Of a DNA stretch of 64,000 bases, positions 1 to 11,185 are shown piece by piece; position 1 is the first letter of the stretch, and the number at the start of each line of letters is the position of its first letter. A program made the position numbers and the translations under genes. The DNA is from Mantamonas sphyraenae STR306 (taxonomy: Eukaryota > Protista > CRuMs): contig JAPMXV010000025.1 in NCBI GenBank assembly GCA_026936335.1, positions 245,400 through 309,399 of the forward strand, written 5' to 3'. The notes beneath the pieces are model-generated. The model was not told the origin of the DNA. It was given only the letters and a program-made list of their open reading frames with translations, and searched no databases.

Positions 1-123
1 CGCACCGATGCAGTAGCCTGCGTTGGAGTTGGTTGCAGCGCAGTCGTTGGCCTTCTTGCATGTGGTGGCGGCAGTGGCCATGGCAACAATGGCCAGGATG
101 GTGAGAATCACAGCAGTTCGCAT
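1..123 (-). CDS. Secreted Cys-rich protein, N-terminal part (runs off window)
   Basis: ATG at 123; manual translation MRTAVILTILAIVAMATAATTCKKANDCAATNSNAGYCIGA = signal peptide followed by Cys-spaced motif. Confidence 0.7.
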   Translation of the reverse strand, partial: MRTAVILTILAIVAMATAATTCKKANDCAATNSNAGYCIGA

Positions 124-145
124 TGGAGTGGGTTTTTTTGGTTGT

Positions 146-268
146 GGCGGCGGGTGCAGGCCTTTGCGACCGACCGTGAACACTGCTGTGCTTTGTTGAA
201 AAACAATAAAAATCCATCCTTTCGATGGTAGTCGGTCGCAAATCCCTGCCGTCACCCGCCCGTCGCCC
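146..268 (-). ncRNA. Candidate Fanzor omegaRNA scaffold (multi-stem structured RNA)
   Basis: Perfect 12-bp inverted repeat 163-174/231-242, extended by 156-160/245-249 and 149-156/253-260. It encloses three small hairpins and lies just downstream of the Fanzor stop codon on the same strand. Confidence 0.55.
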
Positions 269-3200
269 CGCCCGCCTTTATTCTGTGTTGTTTTGTGCGA
301 TTGTTCGATTCACTCTTACTTCTTGCGCAGTTGCGCCCGTTGCTTGCGCCACCTCCTCGATGACAGCTTTGTGTGAGTCTTCCTGTCCACGCCCGAGATG
401 GCCAGCACCAACAGGGTGGCGATGGTCACCGCAGCGTCCGTATCCTTGTGCTGCGCCCATCGTTCGCAGCGTGCGCAGTCCCACCATCTTCGGCTACAGC
501 CCCGCCTCGTGTACGATTTCGGGCTCAGGGTCACCTGGTGTCCACACTCGCGGCACAGAGCAGAGGTGTACGCCTCGCGTGTGACCACGAGCGTATGTGT
601 ACGACTCAGGTGTCTCTTGACGTCCGCCAGAGGGACCCGCGCACTGAAGCCGCCGTTCCCAAAAGCAAGCAGGGAGCGCTGCTGGACCAGCCTGTCAATG
701 TCCGAGATGGAGGCCGAGATGCCAGCAAGGTACCTGTTGCGGAGCTTGCGGTGTTCGTGATGATGCGCATCCACGAGGTTCCGGTGCGGCTTTTGCTGTG
801 CAAACTCTTCCCGCTTTGCTTGGTTCAGTTCTTGCCATGTCGGGGTAGAAGAAGCAGATGATGATGGTGATGATGATGAGGAGGAGGAGGATGATCGTGC
901 GTTGGATCGTAGCGTACGTCGGGAGGACGCCGCTGCTGCTGCTGCTCCTTTGCATCTTCTGACTGCTTCCGTGGCAGCCTGGGTCAGGACGTTCTGCTTC
1001 TTCCTGAGCTGACTGGTCCGCAGCATATGTCTGTAAGATGGTGTTGGCAATGGAAAGTAGATACCTGCGTCCACGTGCAGAACATTGTCGCGATCGAGTG
1101 TCGCTGACATCTTGTTGTGGTGAAAGACAGCGACGCAGCTGGTGCAGTCAACGTTGGGGTCCATCCCGATTACAGGTATACCAGCAGGCGTCCACAAATC
1201 GTTCTGCCCTAGTGTACGGGCCACTTGTTTGTCGGACTCGAGCAAGATTCCAGTGCGCTTGCCAGCAGAAGTTTGCGATGGCTTGCACTCCGCATCTAGG
1301 TGTTGCATGGCGGCTGTAAGGCTGCTCTCGTCGACACCAGACTCTTCAAACCACTGCTCCAGCTTGGGCATGGCCGCTGTGCCGTACGCTTGATAAAAGA
1401 GGCTCGCAAAATGCGAGACGTGGAACCACGATAGATCCCGCACTTTACCCTTCGCGTCGAACCCAACACGGACACATGCGACACGCAGTGCCTCGTCGAC
1501 GTCTGATGCTGCCACGCAGCCCTGAGCACCATTCAGCTTGCGACGGGCTCCAACCGCCAGGCTATGAGGGGCGTAGACAGTTTGATAGATCGATCGGCCG
1601 TCGTTGCCACCGAGGGTGATCCCCTGCCCTCGAGTCTCCTGCCCTGTGTCTGAGTTCCAGAGCCCCGGTAGAACGAGCATGGTGACTGCGTTTACAAGGT
1701 CACCCCGGTGGGCTGCCCATCCAGCTTCCGTTCTCATAATGCCGACATGTGTTCGCCCTTTGATCCTCTCCAGTGCACGCTGTGAACCTGGGCACAGAAC
1801 AGCAGCGTGGTCCACAATAAGCTGGTTGAGCTGGCGAGCGAGCACGTGCGACTTTGCTCGCTCATCCCAGGGCAACGTCTCGATGATCGCGGTGGCAGCA
1901 GCAGCTGCTGCTGCTGCTGCTTCGCCTCCCCTCGTACTCAAGTGCTTCAGAAAGTTGTACGCGACCCGAAACAGCTTAAACTTTAGATCGTACCCCGATA
2001 CCGAAACCGTACAGCGTGCAGTCGCGTGTGGGCGAGGTACAAGCTGGACAGCGTGGCCACATTGCTCAGCCTCCAATTTGAGCAGACAGATGTAGGACGC
2101 GACACGGGCCAGGTTCTTCTCGTCCTCCTTTGCCTTTGAGAGCAAAGGCGAGCCAGCCACGACCTTGCTCACCTTGTCCTTCAGCGGCTGCAGTTGCGTC
2201 CTCCAGTCCATCTGCTGCTGCTGCGCAACCACATGCGCCTCTTCATCTTCATGGTCCTGGTCTTGGTCCTCATCTCGATCGTGCTCGTTATCCTGGTCCG
2301 CTTCCGGTTCTCCATCGTCGTCCACCTCCTCGACCTCCTCTGCTTTCACCCTCTTCTTCCATGCAGCGAGTGACATCCCCGACACGTATGCGCATGCCAC
2401 CTCCGTCAGCTTCCGCGGGAGCTCCGGCACAGCATCGCATACCATTCTCTTCACCGATGACGTCCAGTGTCTGGTCGCAAGGTTCCACATGGTCCTCATC
2501 TGACGTGCAGCTGACCCCTCAGCCAGCAGATTCTCGAGTTGCTGACGCTGCTTCTCAAGCTCCAGGCCGTTGTAGTATGTACTCGCAATATGGGCGCACA
2601 ACACTCCGTACAAGAGCTCCCGTTCCTGCACGAAGCGACTGTGAGTGTCGACCAGGACTGCATCCAATTCGTGGCGTTGGCTCTCAGTCATCCTGCTGTC
2701 CGCTGCGTCCTGAATACTCCCACGTGCCACGGTTGTGGATTTTCCCGCCAGTCCCATCACTCGTTCCACGCCTCCCTGTCCACGGCCGTCATGCATGCCG
2801 TACACGCCAGACAACGCCTGTTCCTCGGTCGGGCGGCTGTCGTTTAGCAGTGCTGCAACCTTCCGTCCAAGCTTGTAGAACGATTCACGCTCTGCTGTGC
2901 GCGCCTCGTCAATCTCATCCTCATCGTCCTCTTTGCTTGACTCCTGTACGTAGCAGACATCCTTGCCACAGAGCAGTTTGGCCAAACGGCCCTTCAAGTA
3001 GGTGCCCTTGGCCAACATCGAGTCACACAGTGTCTCCACCTCGTCGCTGTTGCTGCATGAATCAAGTCTTCCCGCCTCGACATCCGCGAGCAGCTCCTCT
3101 CTCTTCTGTTCCACTGCCTGCTCGAACTGCTGCATGTTGTCGTACCTTTTTGCCTTCTTCTTTGCCTTTTCAATCTCCTCCTGCAGCTCAGTCTGCCGTT

Positions 3201-6200
3201 CAATCGCGTTGTCGAGCGAGGCACGCTCCTGCGTCCCCAGCCGTATCCGTCCTTGAGCTGCAAACGCATCCACGATGTCCGACATCCTACCATCGTCGCT
3301 GTCGACACGAATGGTGTATGTCCTGGCGTTCACCACACCGTCCCTGAGCGCCATTGATGGGCCCGGGGCAGCTGCAGGTTCCGTTTGGTTTGGTTTGTGC
3401 TCCGGCACCCGCGTGTTCCTCGCCAGCTCCATCAACTTGTCCACGGACGACGCCAAAGAGTAATCCGCACACAGTTGGCGCATGACATACTTGAGCTGCA
3501 TACTGGTCCTTGTTCTCATGGCCGGGCGAACGGATGCCAACGCGAGACGCAGACACGAATCGTCGCTCATTGCCGGACGCAGCTCGCCGGCGCTGTCGGC
3601 GCTGTCGGCGCTGGAGGTGGCATATGTGTCCTCACGTGTGCTGGGCATTGCATGTGCCTCTTGCATGTCCTCCGTCTGCATCTCATCCGACTCCACTTCG
3701 TTTTCCAAGTCCTCTTGCTCCGCCCCGGCTCTTCCGTCGGCCTCCCAGGCCTTTACAAACGCCTCTTCTTCATCCTGGACATCCTGGACACCATTCTCAA
3801 GGTCCTCTGTCTCCATACCCGACTCCACTGCGTCGTCAGCGACGTGGTCCACCTCCCCGGTTTGATCTTCGTCTTCTGCGCTGGCGTCGGCCTTCCAGAC
3901 CCTGTATGCCTTGGCGAACGCATCCTCGTCCATGGTGACGTCGTTTCCCCGTTCGTCATCGATTTGTACCCCCAGCGTCTCGGCCAGCAAGGTCACCTGT
4001 TCCACCATGCCGCTCCTCGCATCCTCGATTTCGACATCCGACGCGCGTCCACGAGCAGGTGCTGTCGGCTCAAGTGTGGACGCCTGCACGTTGGAATGAA
4101 TGATTTGGTCCACAGCGTTCTGTACACACCACTTCTGTTGTTCTTCGGCAACGCGCTGTACACTGTCGCAGATGCGTTCGCGGTGGAAGTGGAGAAGGCC
4201 AACGGGAGCACGCTGTACAATGGCGCCCGCACAGGTTCCACCCAAAAGCGCATACGTGAAGAAGCGTGCGTTTGTGCTGTCGTTGCCCACGTGCACAGCT
4301 CTCAGATCTGTGTTGCCAGCAAGGTACTCGTTCCAGTTGTCCTGCCGGCACCAGCCGCACCGGACGCCTCTCGCCATGAGTGCACAAGCGTCTGCACCCA
4401 CCACGAGTGCATCTGCGGCGTGCTGAATGGCGCACAGGTTTGCATCGTCTGTTGCCCACACGCAGAGGCGCTGGTCCACCCAAACGTTCCCGTCGTCGCT
4501 GATTGAAACGCGGTCGTTGTCCGCACTCCTCAGGGTCTCGTACAGCCCACGCAGCCGGTGCTTTTTGGTGTACGTGTGTACGTGCGCGTCCAGCTCCTGC
4601 CGGAATGATGCAGGGATCGCTTGGATGGCCGCCATCACCAAATCCATCCCCGCCTCCTCGACGCTGCCTTCCTTGGCGCTGCCATCCTCCACGCCGCCGA
4701 GTATGAAGTGGTCGAACCCAGCAACTTCGATGTCGTCGGCAAAGCGCTGGACAAGCGGACGCACGGACCGGACAAGTTTAGCCAACGTTGCCGTTTGTGC
4801 AAACGCGGCTGAGACAAAGCTCCACGTCCTCACCGGACGGCCCTCAGGTGGTGTGGTACATTCCAGTGGGACGTACGTGGTCATACCCTCGGGTGACATG
4901 CGAGCGAGCGCCTCTACGATGTCATCGCCACTGGAGTTCACGTCCAGCTGCCGATCGAGAGCATCGCCGCCGTTGGTCAGCACAACGGCGTTGTAGTCCC
5001 CCAATGTTGCTGGTTTCGGTGCAGGAAGAGGCACGCGAGCACCAGCTTGACCGTAAGGCTTGGCACGCTTCGCCGTTGATGCTTCGCTGGCGACAGAGGC
5101 GTTGGCGTGTCCCGGCTTGATGTGAAACGAAGGACAGGAATCGCTTGTTCGGCCTATCATACGAGCGCTGTATGTTCGGCCAAAGTGCTTCCCCACGTAC
5201 CTCGCCACCTCTTTGGCAGAGAGCCTCGCCGCAGCAAGTGTGCACTCACACACGTCGCCCTTGCGAGCTACTTCAATGCACAGCGCATACTCAGACATTG
5301 CGTAGACGCGGCCATTGTGAATGAGAGATGCCTTCAGCAAGTGGCTGATGCTGAGCCAGCACAGGTCATCGTTTCGCAGCGAGCGTGAGCGGCGTGTTTG
5401 CTTGAGAAAAGGCCAGACCTGGGTTGTGAACCGCTTGCGTGCTTCCTTGGCGCGTCTCAGCAACGTGGGGCTGGCTTGGCATTTTGTGGTACTGATGTGA
5501 TGCAGAAACTCCGTCTGCTCGGGGTACTGCACCCTCGCCTGCGCCCACCGTTTGGGCTGCTTTTTCTGCTTTGGCGTGCTTTCGCCAGTTTTGAGCGCCG
5601 TGTACATCTGCCGTGCTTGATCTGTTCGAATGTCGTCGAGAAAGGTCGTGCGTACAAAGCGGTGTTTGCTTTGCCTGGTGGGCCTTCTAGGTTTGACGGT
5701 GTGCCACGAGGAGAAAACCCATTCTGACTCCGGTTCGACCTCGATATCGGTATCCATGGGGTCTTTCGTGACCGTGTCTTTGCCTTTGCTGTCTGCCTCA
5801 GTTTGCTGACGAGTGTGTGTGTGTGTGTGTGTCGTGAGGGGTCCCACACGTGTGTGAGCCGCAGCAAACGGAATTGTGAGGCGGAATTCAAACGTACTCG
5901 CTCACTGCCACTGCTGCTCGAGGAGGAGGAGGCTGAAGACGTTGAACGAGATGCACGGCCTCGACGGCCTCGGGATGCGCTGCGGGATGCACGGGATGCG
6001 CGACCTCCCCTGGAATGTGTCTCTTGGTTCTGTACACGTTGCCGTTTCTGCTGTCGCCACTCCAACGTTTGCCTGCTCCTTCGTTCACGTCTATTTTCCC
6101 GAGCCTCAACGCTACGCGGTGAATGAGATACCTCATCCCGTGTGTCTTCATCGTCTCGACCCCTCTTGCCGCCCTCATCACACAGCAGCAATAGAACCAA

Positions 6201-6506
6201 CATGAAGAAGAACCAACGGAAGCGCATGTTGTTTTGGCGACCACGGCGCATAGTCGAGCAGTCACTCGTACATTCTCATTCCAACGTGTAGGGTGGCGTT
6301 GACAACATTCATTTCAGTGTCCCAGGGTCCTCGCGGCTCTTGCGAGGAATCGTTCTGCAAACACAGCGAGCTTGTTCAACATGGTGCACTTACGCATGAT
6401 CGAACCGTAAGAACCCGCAGAAGAGCGAAATCATGTCTTGGTGAACATTCTATGTGTTTCTGGGCGTTGTTCTCAAGGGTGGAGCCACGTTCACGCTCAA
6501 TTGCAA
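158..6506 (-). mobile_element. Putative Fanzor-carrying DNA transposon (~6.35 kb)
   Basis: 11-bp direct repeat GCGGCGGGTGC at 147-157 and 6507-6517; imperfect terminal inverted repeat (164-187 vs revcomp of 6483-6506, 17/24 identical); encodes a TnpB/Fanzor protein. Confidence 0.5.
316..6251 (-). CDS. Giant Fanzor (eukaryotic TnpB-like RNA-guided RuvC nuclease), ~1,830-1,950 aa, spliced
   Basis: C-terminal motifs: RuvC-I VIGMDPN (D codon 1159-1161), LAFGNG, VVTREAYTSALCRECG (E codon 574-576 plus CxxC), CARC, HKDTDAAVTI (D codon 442-444). Phase-0 intron 5897-5806 (GTACGT...CAG) joins the Arg-rich upstream frame. Start codon uncertain. Confidence 0.85.
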
Positions 6507-6526
6507 GCGGCGGGTGCGCCACATGG

Positions 6527-7985
6527 ATGCACATGTGGCGGCTGGAGTGTCCTCAGTGTCAGCAGACGGTGGACGAGCCTCTGCGTGAGGTGCACGTGCA
6601 CGTGGAGAACGTCCTGTTTGGCTTTGTGCTGCAATGGTAGGGGAGACACTCAGAGACACTCAGCATGGGCGGCTGGAGCGCAGGGACAACACTGACCCCG
6701 ACCGATGGCCACGCGTGTGTGTGTGCCCCGGGACACATCGCAGCGCAAAGTGCAATTGTGTAGTTGCACCGTGTGTGACGTGTGTGCAGCTGGTGGCGCC
6801 GAATGTGCGTGTGGTGGGCGGAGCACAAGCGAGCGAACGCAGCCGCTTGGTGGTTGGGGAGGAATCTGCAAGCGAGGGGATGCAATGCCACACTTGCCGC
6901 CAGCAGTGTGCCCTCTCTGCGCTGGAGAGGGCACAGGTGGCGTGGCTGCCGGTGTCGTTTGCCGTGGTGGTAGGTGTCGTGCGGGTGCGGTTGGGTGTGT
7001 TTCCCGGGAACTGACACGGTGCCCTACACAGCGGCTGGTGCAGCGTTTTGTGCTGGGCAAGCAGTATCAGGAGTACAAAGAGGAGGAGTACGAGACGTGG
7101 GTGCAGCAACTGGTGATGCAGCAGGGTCTGATCAAGTGGCAGGGAGAGGAAAGCGGCATGGGGGAGATGACACCCGAAGGCGCGCGCAAAAGGACGCGTT
7201 TTGCCATGGAGCAGGGCAGCGAGTCACAGGTAGGGTTGACCAGGGAAGGTTCGGGCAGTGCAGGCACACGCACTCCGCAGACAACAACCGTGCTTGGCGA
7301 CGAGGTGTCGCCGAGCAGGCCAACGCCGATCATCACACAAGTGCCCAAGCGCAGGCGAGTTGTGGTGGTGGCACGGCAGACGGCGCTGCAGAAGGGTGGG
7401 GAAGAAGAGGATGATGACGACGAGGACGATGAAGAGGAGGAGCGGGATGAGAACGACGAGGAGGAGGAAGAGGAGGATGACGAGGATGAAGAAGAGGAGA
7501 ACGACGACGATGAAGACGATGACCAGGAAGACGAAGCAAGGGGCCACGAAAGCAGCAGCAACAGCCAAACAGTGCTCACTGTGGACGAACAGAGCAGTGC
7601 GCGTGAGCAAGGCACGCCACAAGTGCTTGCGGAAGAACTTGCACGCATCGAGGGGCATGTGATGCGGTTGAGGCCATTGCTGGTGTCGCTGCGCAACACA
7701 CACAAGCAGATTCTGGACGCAAGAGTCATCTCCTTTCTGCAATTGGGCGGTGGCAGGCGTGTGGCAGCTGTGGGCCAACAGATGAGTGAATCGCTGAGGT
7801 GGAGAGTGTCCCAAGCGTACCCTGGATTGCGCCTGTTTGCAGCTGCATCGTCCAGCAGGTCGGAGGAGGAGGACGAATCGTACACACAGCGCAACACGTC
7901 GCCTGCCCAGCTGCGTGCCCTCCTTGTGCGTCTAGGCGCTGTGCAGAGTCTGCAAGAGGCCGGCGTGCTGTTGTCCACCGTCTGA
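6527..7985 (+). CDS. Hypothetical protein with CxxC zinc-binding motifs and long acidic tract; 3 exons
   Basis: Exons 6527-6636, 6744-6936, 7032-7985 join in frame via GT..CTGAC..CAG introns; CPQC, CAKC, CVTC, CHTC motifs; D/E run. Confidence 0.65.
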
Positions 7986-8144
7986 TGGGTGTTGCATTTT
8001 CGATCTTTCGTGGCAATCGCTCATCACTCCACTCCATTCCAATCCCGGTCAACTGGTCCAACAGAACTGCGTGGTGGTGACAAAAATGTCCTCTGGTCTT
8101 CAACACCCGCCCAAAAATGTACAATTCCCACCCCCAGCGTTGCT

Positions 8145-8543
8145 TCACTGGTGAGATTGGTCACGAGAGTCGTCGTCAATGCGGTCGTGGTGGTCCGTGT
8201 CGTTGCGAGGCACGTTCATGCCTGCCATGCCGCCCATCATGGAGCGGGTGAGAACGCCTGACGGAGCCACATAGCCGTAGGGGTTGGAGGCAGGATGAGG
8301 CGTCACTTCTGGTGTTGGCTGGGGCGCACGACGCACCTGGGCCGGTTCGCGTTCGCCTGCGTCCTCCCGGGCGATCTGGCGGCTGAGATTGAAAAAGTAC
8401 AGAAAGACGCCGGCCAGGGCAGCTGTGCCGACGAGCCCCAGCGCACGGTTGATGGGTGTTGGTTTGGCATACAACTCAAAGTTGAGCATGCGGAAGATGG
8501 GAGATGTCTGCCGCTGCTGGTTGGTCTTTGGCTTGGGAGGCAT
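8145..8543 (-). CDS. SMIM8: Small integral membrane protein 8-like (DUF4500)
   Basis: IFRMLNFELYAKP plus one TM helix resembles the SMIM8 LFRAVNPELFIKP motif; ATG at 8543. Confidence 0.6.
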   Translation of the reverse strand: MPPKPKTNQQRQTSPIFRMLNFELYAKPTPINRALGLVGTAALAGVFLYFFNLSRQIAREDAGEREPAQVRRAPQPTPEVTPHPASNPYGYVAPSGVLTRSMMGGMAGMNVPRNDTDHHDRIDDDSRDQSHQ

Positions 8544-8658
8544 GGTGTCAAGAGAGTTGGTGTGGATACCCTGGCGAGTGAGGAGGCGCCGCGCCGCCCA
8601 CTGATTCCATTTGGAACAAAAAAAACAACAACACCAACCAACCAACCAACCAACCAAC
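8544..8658. promoter_or_regulatory. Bidirectional promoter between SMIM8-like and eIF4A, with (ACCA)n tract
   Basis: 115 bp between divergent ATGs; (ACCA)n at ~8633-8658. Confidence 0.5.
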
Positions 8659-10530
8659 ATGTCTAGCGAGTGAGTTTGCAGTGGGATGTGTGGCAAGGCA
8701 AGGCCGTGAACAGCGCATGGCCGTGCGCGGACGTGGGAAAGAGTCCGGGGTGTTGTGCAGTTTTGCTTTCTGAGCAATTGCCAAGCATTCCGGCACGGCC
8801 TGCATGCACGTGCAGGAGGCAGATGGACACAGCAGGAATGCCCGCAGGCCCCGGCCACAAGTGCATGGCTGGGGCAGGCGACCATGCTACACACTTGCAT
8901 GCCCTGTCGGCAGGCACAAAAAGTGCGCATGCATGCAGCCACGGCCATTTTGTGCCCGGGCGCAGAGCACACCAAGTGGGTGGCCGTGCACACGCTCCTT
9001 TGTGTCCCTCTGTCCCGCCGCCGTGCAGGGATGGCCCGTGTGCATATTGCTGCGTGTGTGTGAGAGTGTGTGGGCAGCACGCCGGCCTGCCAGATGCTGA
9101 CGCAAGAGCCTTGGCACCTCATCACCATCCCTCGTGTTTACAGGGAAGTTTTCACCGATATCGATGAAAAGGAGATCGAATCGAACTGGGATACCGTTAT
9201 CGACTCGTAAGTTGGCCGCGCACACCCACACCCATGCCTCTCAGGCTGCTGCTAGCCCTTCTCGCCGGCGGTACGATGATGAATGGCCCGGCGGGTCGAA
9301 AAAAAAAAGTGGGAGCAGCTTTCCAACTTTACCTGGAAAAGTGGCCGTTGCGGAGCACAGGAGAAGGGGAGGCACACAAGCTGACGCACGTGTGTGCACA
9401 CGTGGCACAGGTTCGATAACATGGGGCTGCGCGACGAACTGCTGCGCGGCATTTTTGCATATGGGTTTGAGAAGCCGAGCGCCATCCAGCAGCGTGCCAT
9501 TGCACCGATCCTGGAGGGCCATGACGTGATTGCACAGGCACAGTCGGGCACGGGCAAGACGGCCACTTTTGCAATTTCGATCCTGCAGCAGATCGACCTG
9601 GACAACAAGAACCCGCAGGCGCTGGTGCTTGCGCCGACGCGCGAGTTGGCCCAGCAGATTCAGAAGGTGGTCAACGCCCTGGGCGATTTCATGCAGGTGC
9701 AGTCGCACGCGTGCATTGGTGGCACCAACGTGCAGGAGGACATGCGCCGCCTGGAGGTCGGCGTGCAGGTCATTGTGGGTACCCCGGGCCGTGTGAACGA
9801 CATGATCCAGCGTCGCGCCCTCCTCACCGACGACATCAAGATCTTTGCCCTGGATGAGGCCGATGAGATGCTGTCCCGCGGTTTCAAGGACCAGATCTAC
9901 GAGATCTTCCGATACATGCCCAGCAAGGTGCAGGTGGCTCTGTTTTCCGCCACCATGCCCTCCGACGTCCTCGAGGTGACCGAGAAGTTTATGCGCGAGC
10001 CGGTCAAGATCCTGGTCAAGAAGGACGAGCTGACCCTCGACGGTATCAAGCAGTTCTACGTGGCTGTGGAGCGCGAGGACTGGAAGCTGGACACGCTGTG
10101 CGATCTGTACGAAACTCTGACCATCACCCAGGCGGTCATCTTTGCCAACACCCGCCGAAAGGTCGACTGGCTCACCGACCAGATGCAGATGCGCGACTTT
10201 ACCGTCTCGTCCATGCACGGTGACATGCCCCAGAAGGACCGTGACATCATCATGAAGGAGTTCCGCTCCGGCTCGTCGCGTGTGCTCATCACCACCGACC
10301 TGCTCGCTCGTGGTATCGATGTCCAGCAGGTGTCTCTCGTCATCAACTATGACCTGCCCACCAACAAGGAGAACTACATCCATCGCATCGGTCGTGGTGG
10401 CCGCTTCGGCCGCAAGGGTGTGTCCATCAACTTTGTGACCGCCGACGACGTGCGCATGCTCCGTGAGATCGAGGCCTTCTACTCCACCGAGATCAACGAG
10501 ATGCCCATGAACATTTCCTCCCTCATCTAA
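8659..10530 (+). CDS. EIF4A: Eukaryotic translation initiation factor 4A (DEAD-box helicase); 3 exons
   Basis: Exons 8659-8669, 9144-9206, 9411-10530 give [29 protein letters not shown]...; motifs [44 protein letters not shown]. Confidence 0.97.
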
Positions 10531-11185
10531 GTGAGCCCGGGGCTCTCTGCGTGACCCAACGCAATGAAGCATTGCCTTCCCACCCGTCCGTCGCCCGTCC
10601 GTCGAATCCCCTTTTGTCTTGCTGCTGCCCACACACCCAACTCAGCCCAGAACACCCCCACCCCCCCCTCACCTTTCCCACCCTTCCCAAAAAAAGAATA
10701 TCAACTATGAAGGGTCGCGCGGCTTCTGCACGGCTGTTTCATAGGCCCACCCTCAGCATCGCGATCCACGAACTGCCCACTGGCGACGACTTTTCGCTGT
10801 CCTGTTTCCAGACTCACGCAGTACGTCGTTCAGCACCCCCCTGGACATCCTTCCTTGCGGGAGGACACCCATGGAGACCAGTGTCTTTCTTGGACGACGC
10901 ATCGACGGATGAAGACCGATGGCATACCGAGTTCCACCACTCTCCTCCTCAGTCAGACGCCCGTGTTGCCACGTTACAGGCTGTTTGACGGCCCGGCTCC
11001 AATTTTGCTCGCGCACGCAAATTCCCAAACGAACGCCGGGCTTTCGCAAAGTGCAGGACCACTTGCGACCACACGTTTTTTTTCTCTCTTTCAAACGATT
11101 CCCTTCTCTCCTATTCTCCACTCCCATTCTTCCCCCACTGCACCTCTGCTCCCATCATCTATCATTCATTCATCGAGTCTCCTGC

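Noticed and set aside
1500-5800. A DDE or HUH transposase domain in the Fanzor N-terminal region
   Set aside because: No convincing catalytic motif visible by eye
8730-8760. GGAAAGAGTCCGGGG resembling the RNase P/MRP CR-I motif
   Set aside because: No matching CR-V partner found
10700-11130. Short ORFs between eIF4A and the next gene
   Set aside because: No recognisable motifs or consistent splice model; probably UTRs
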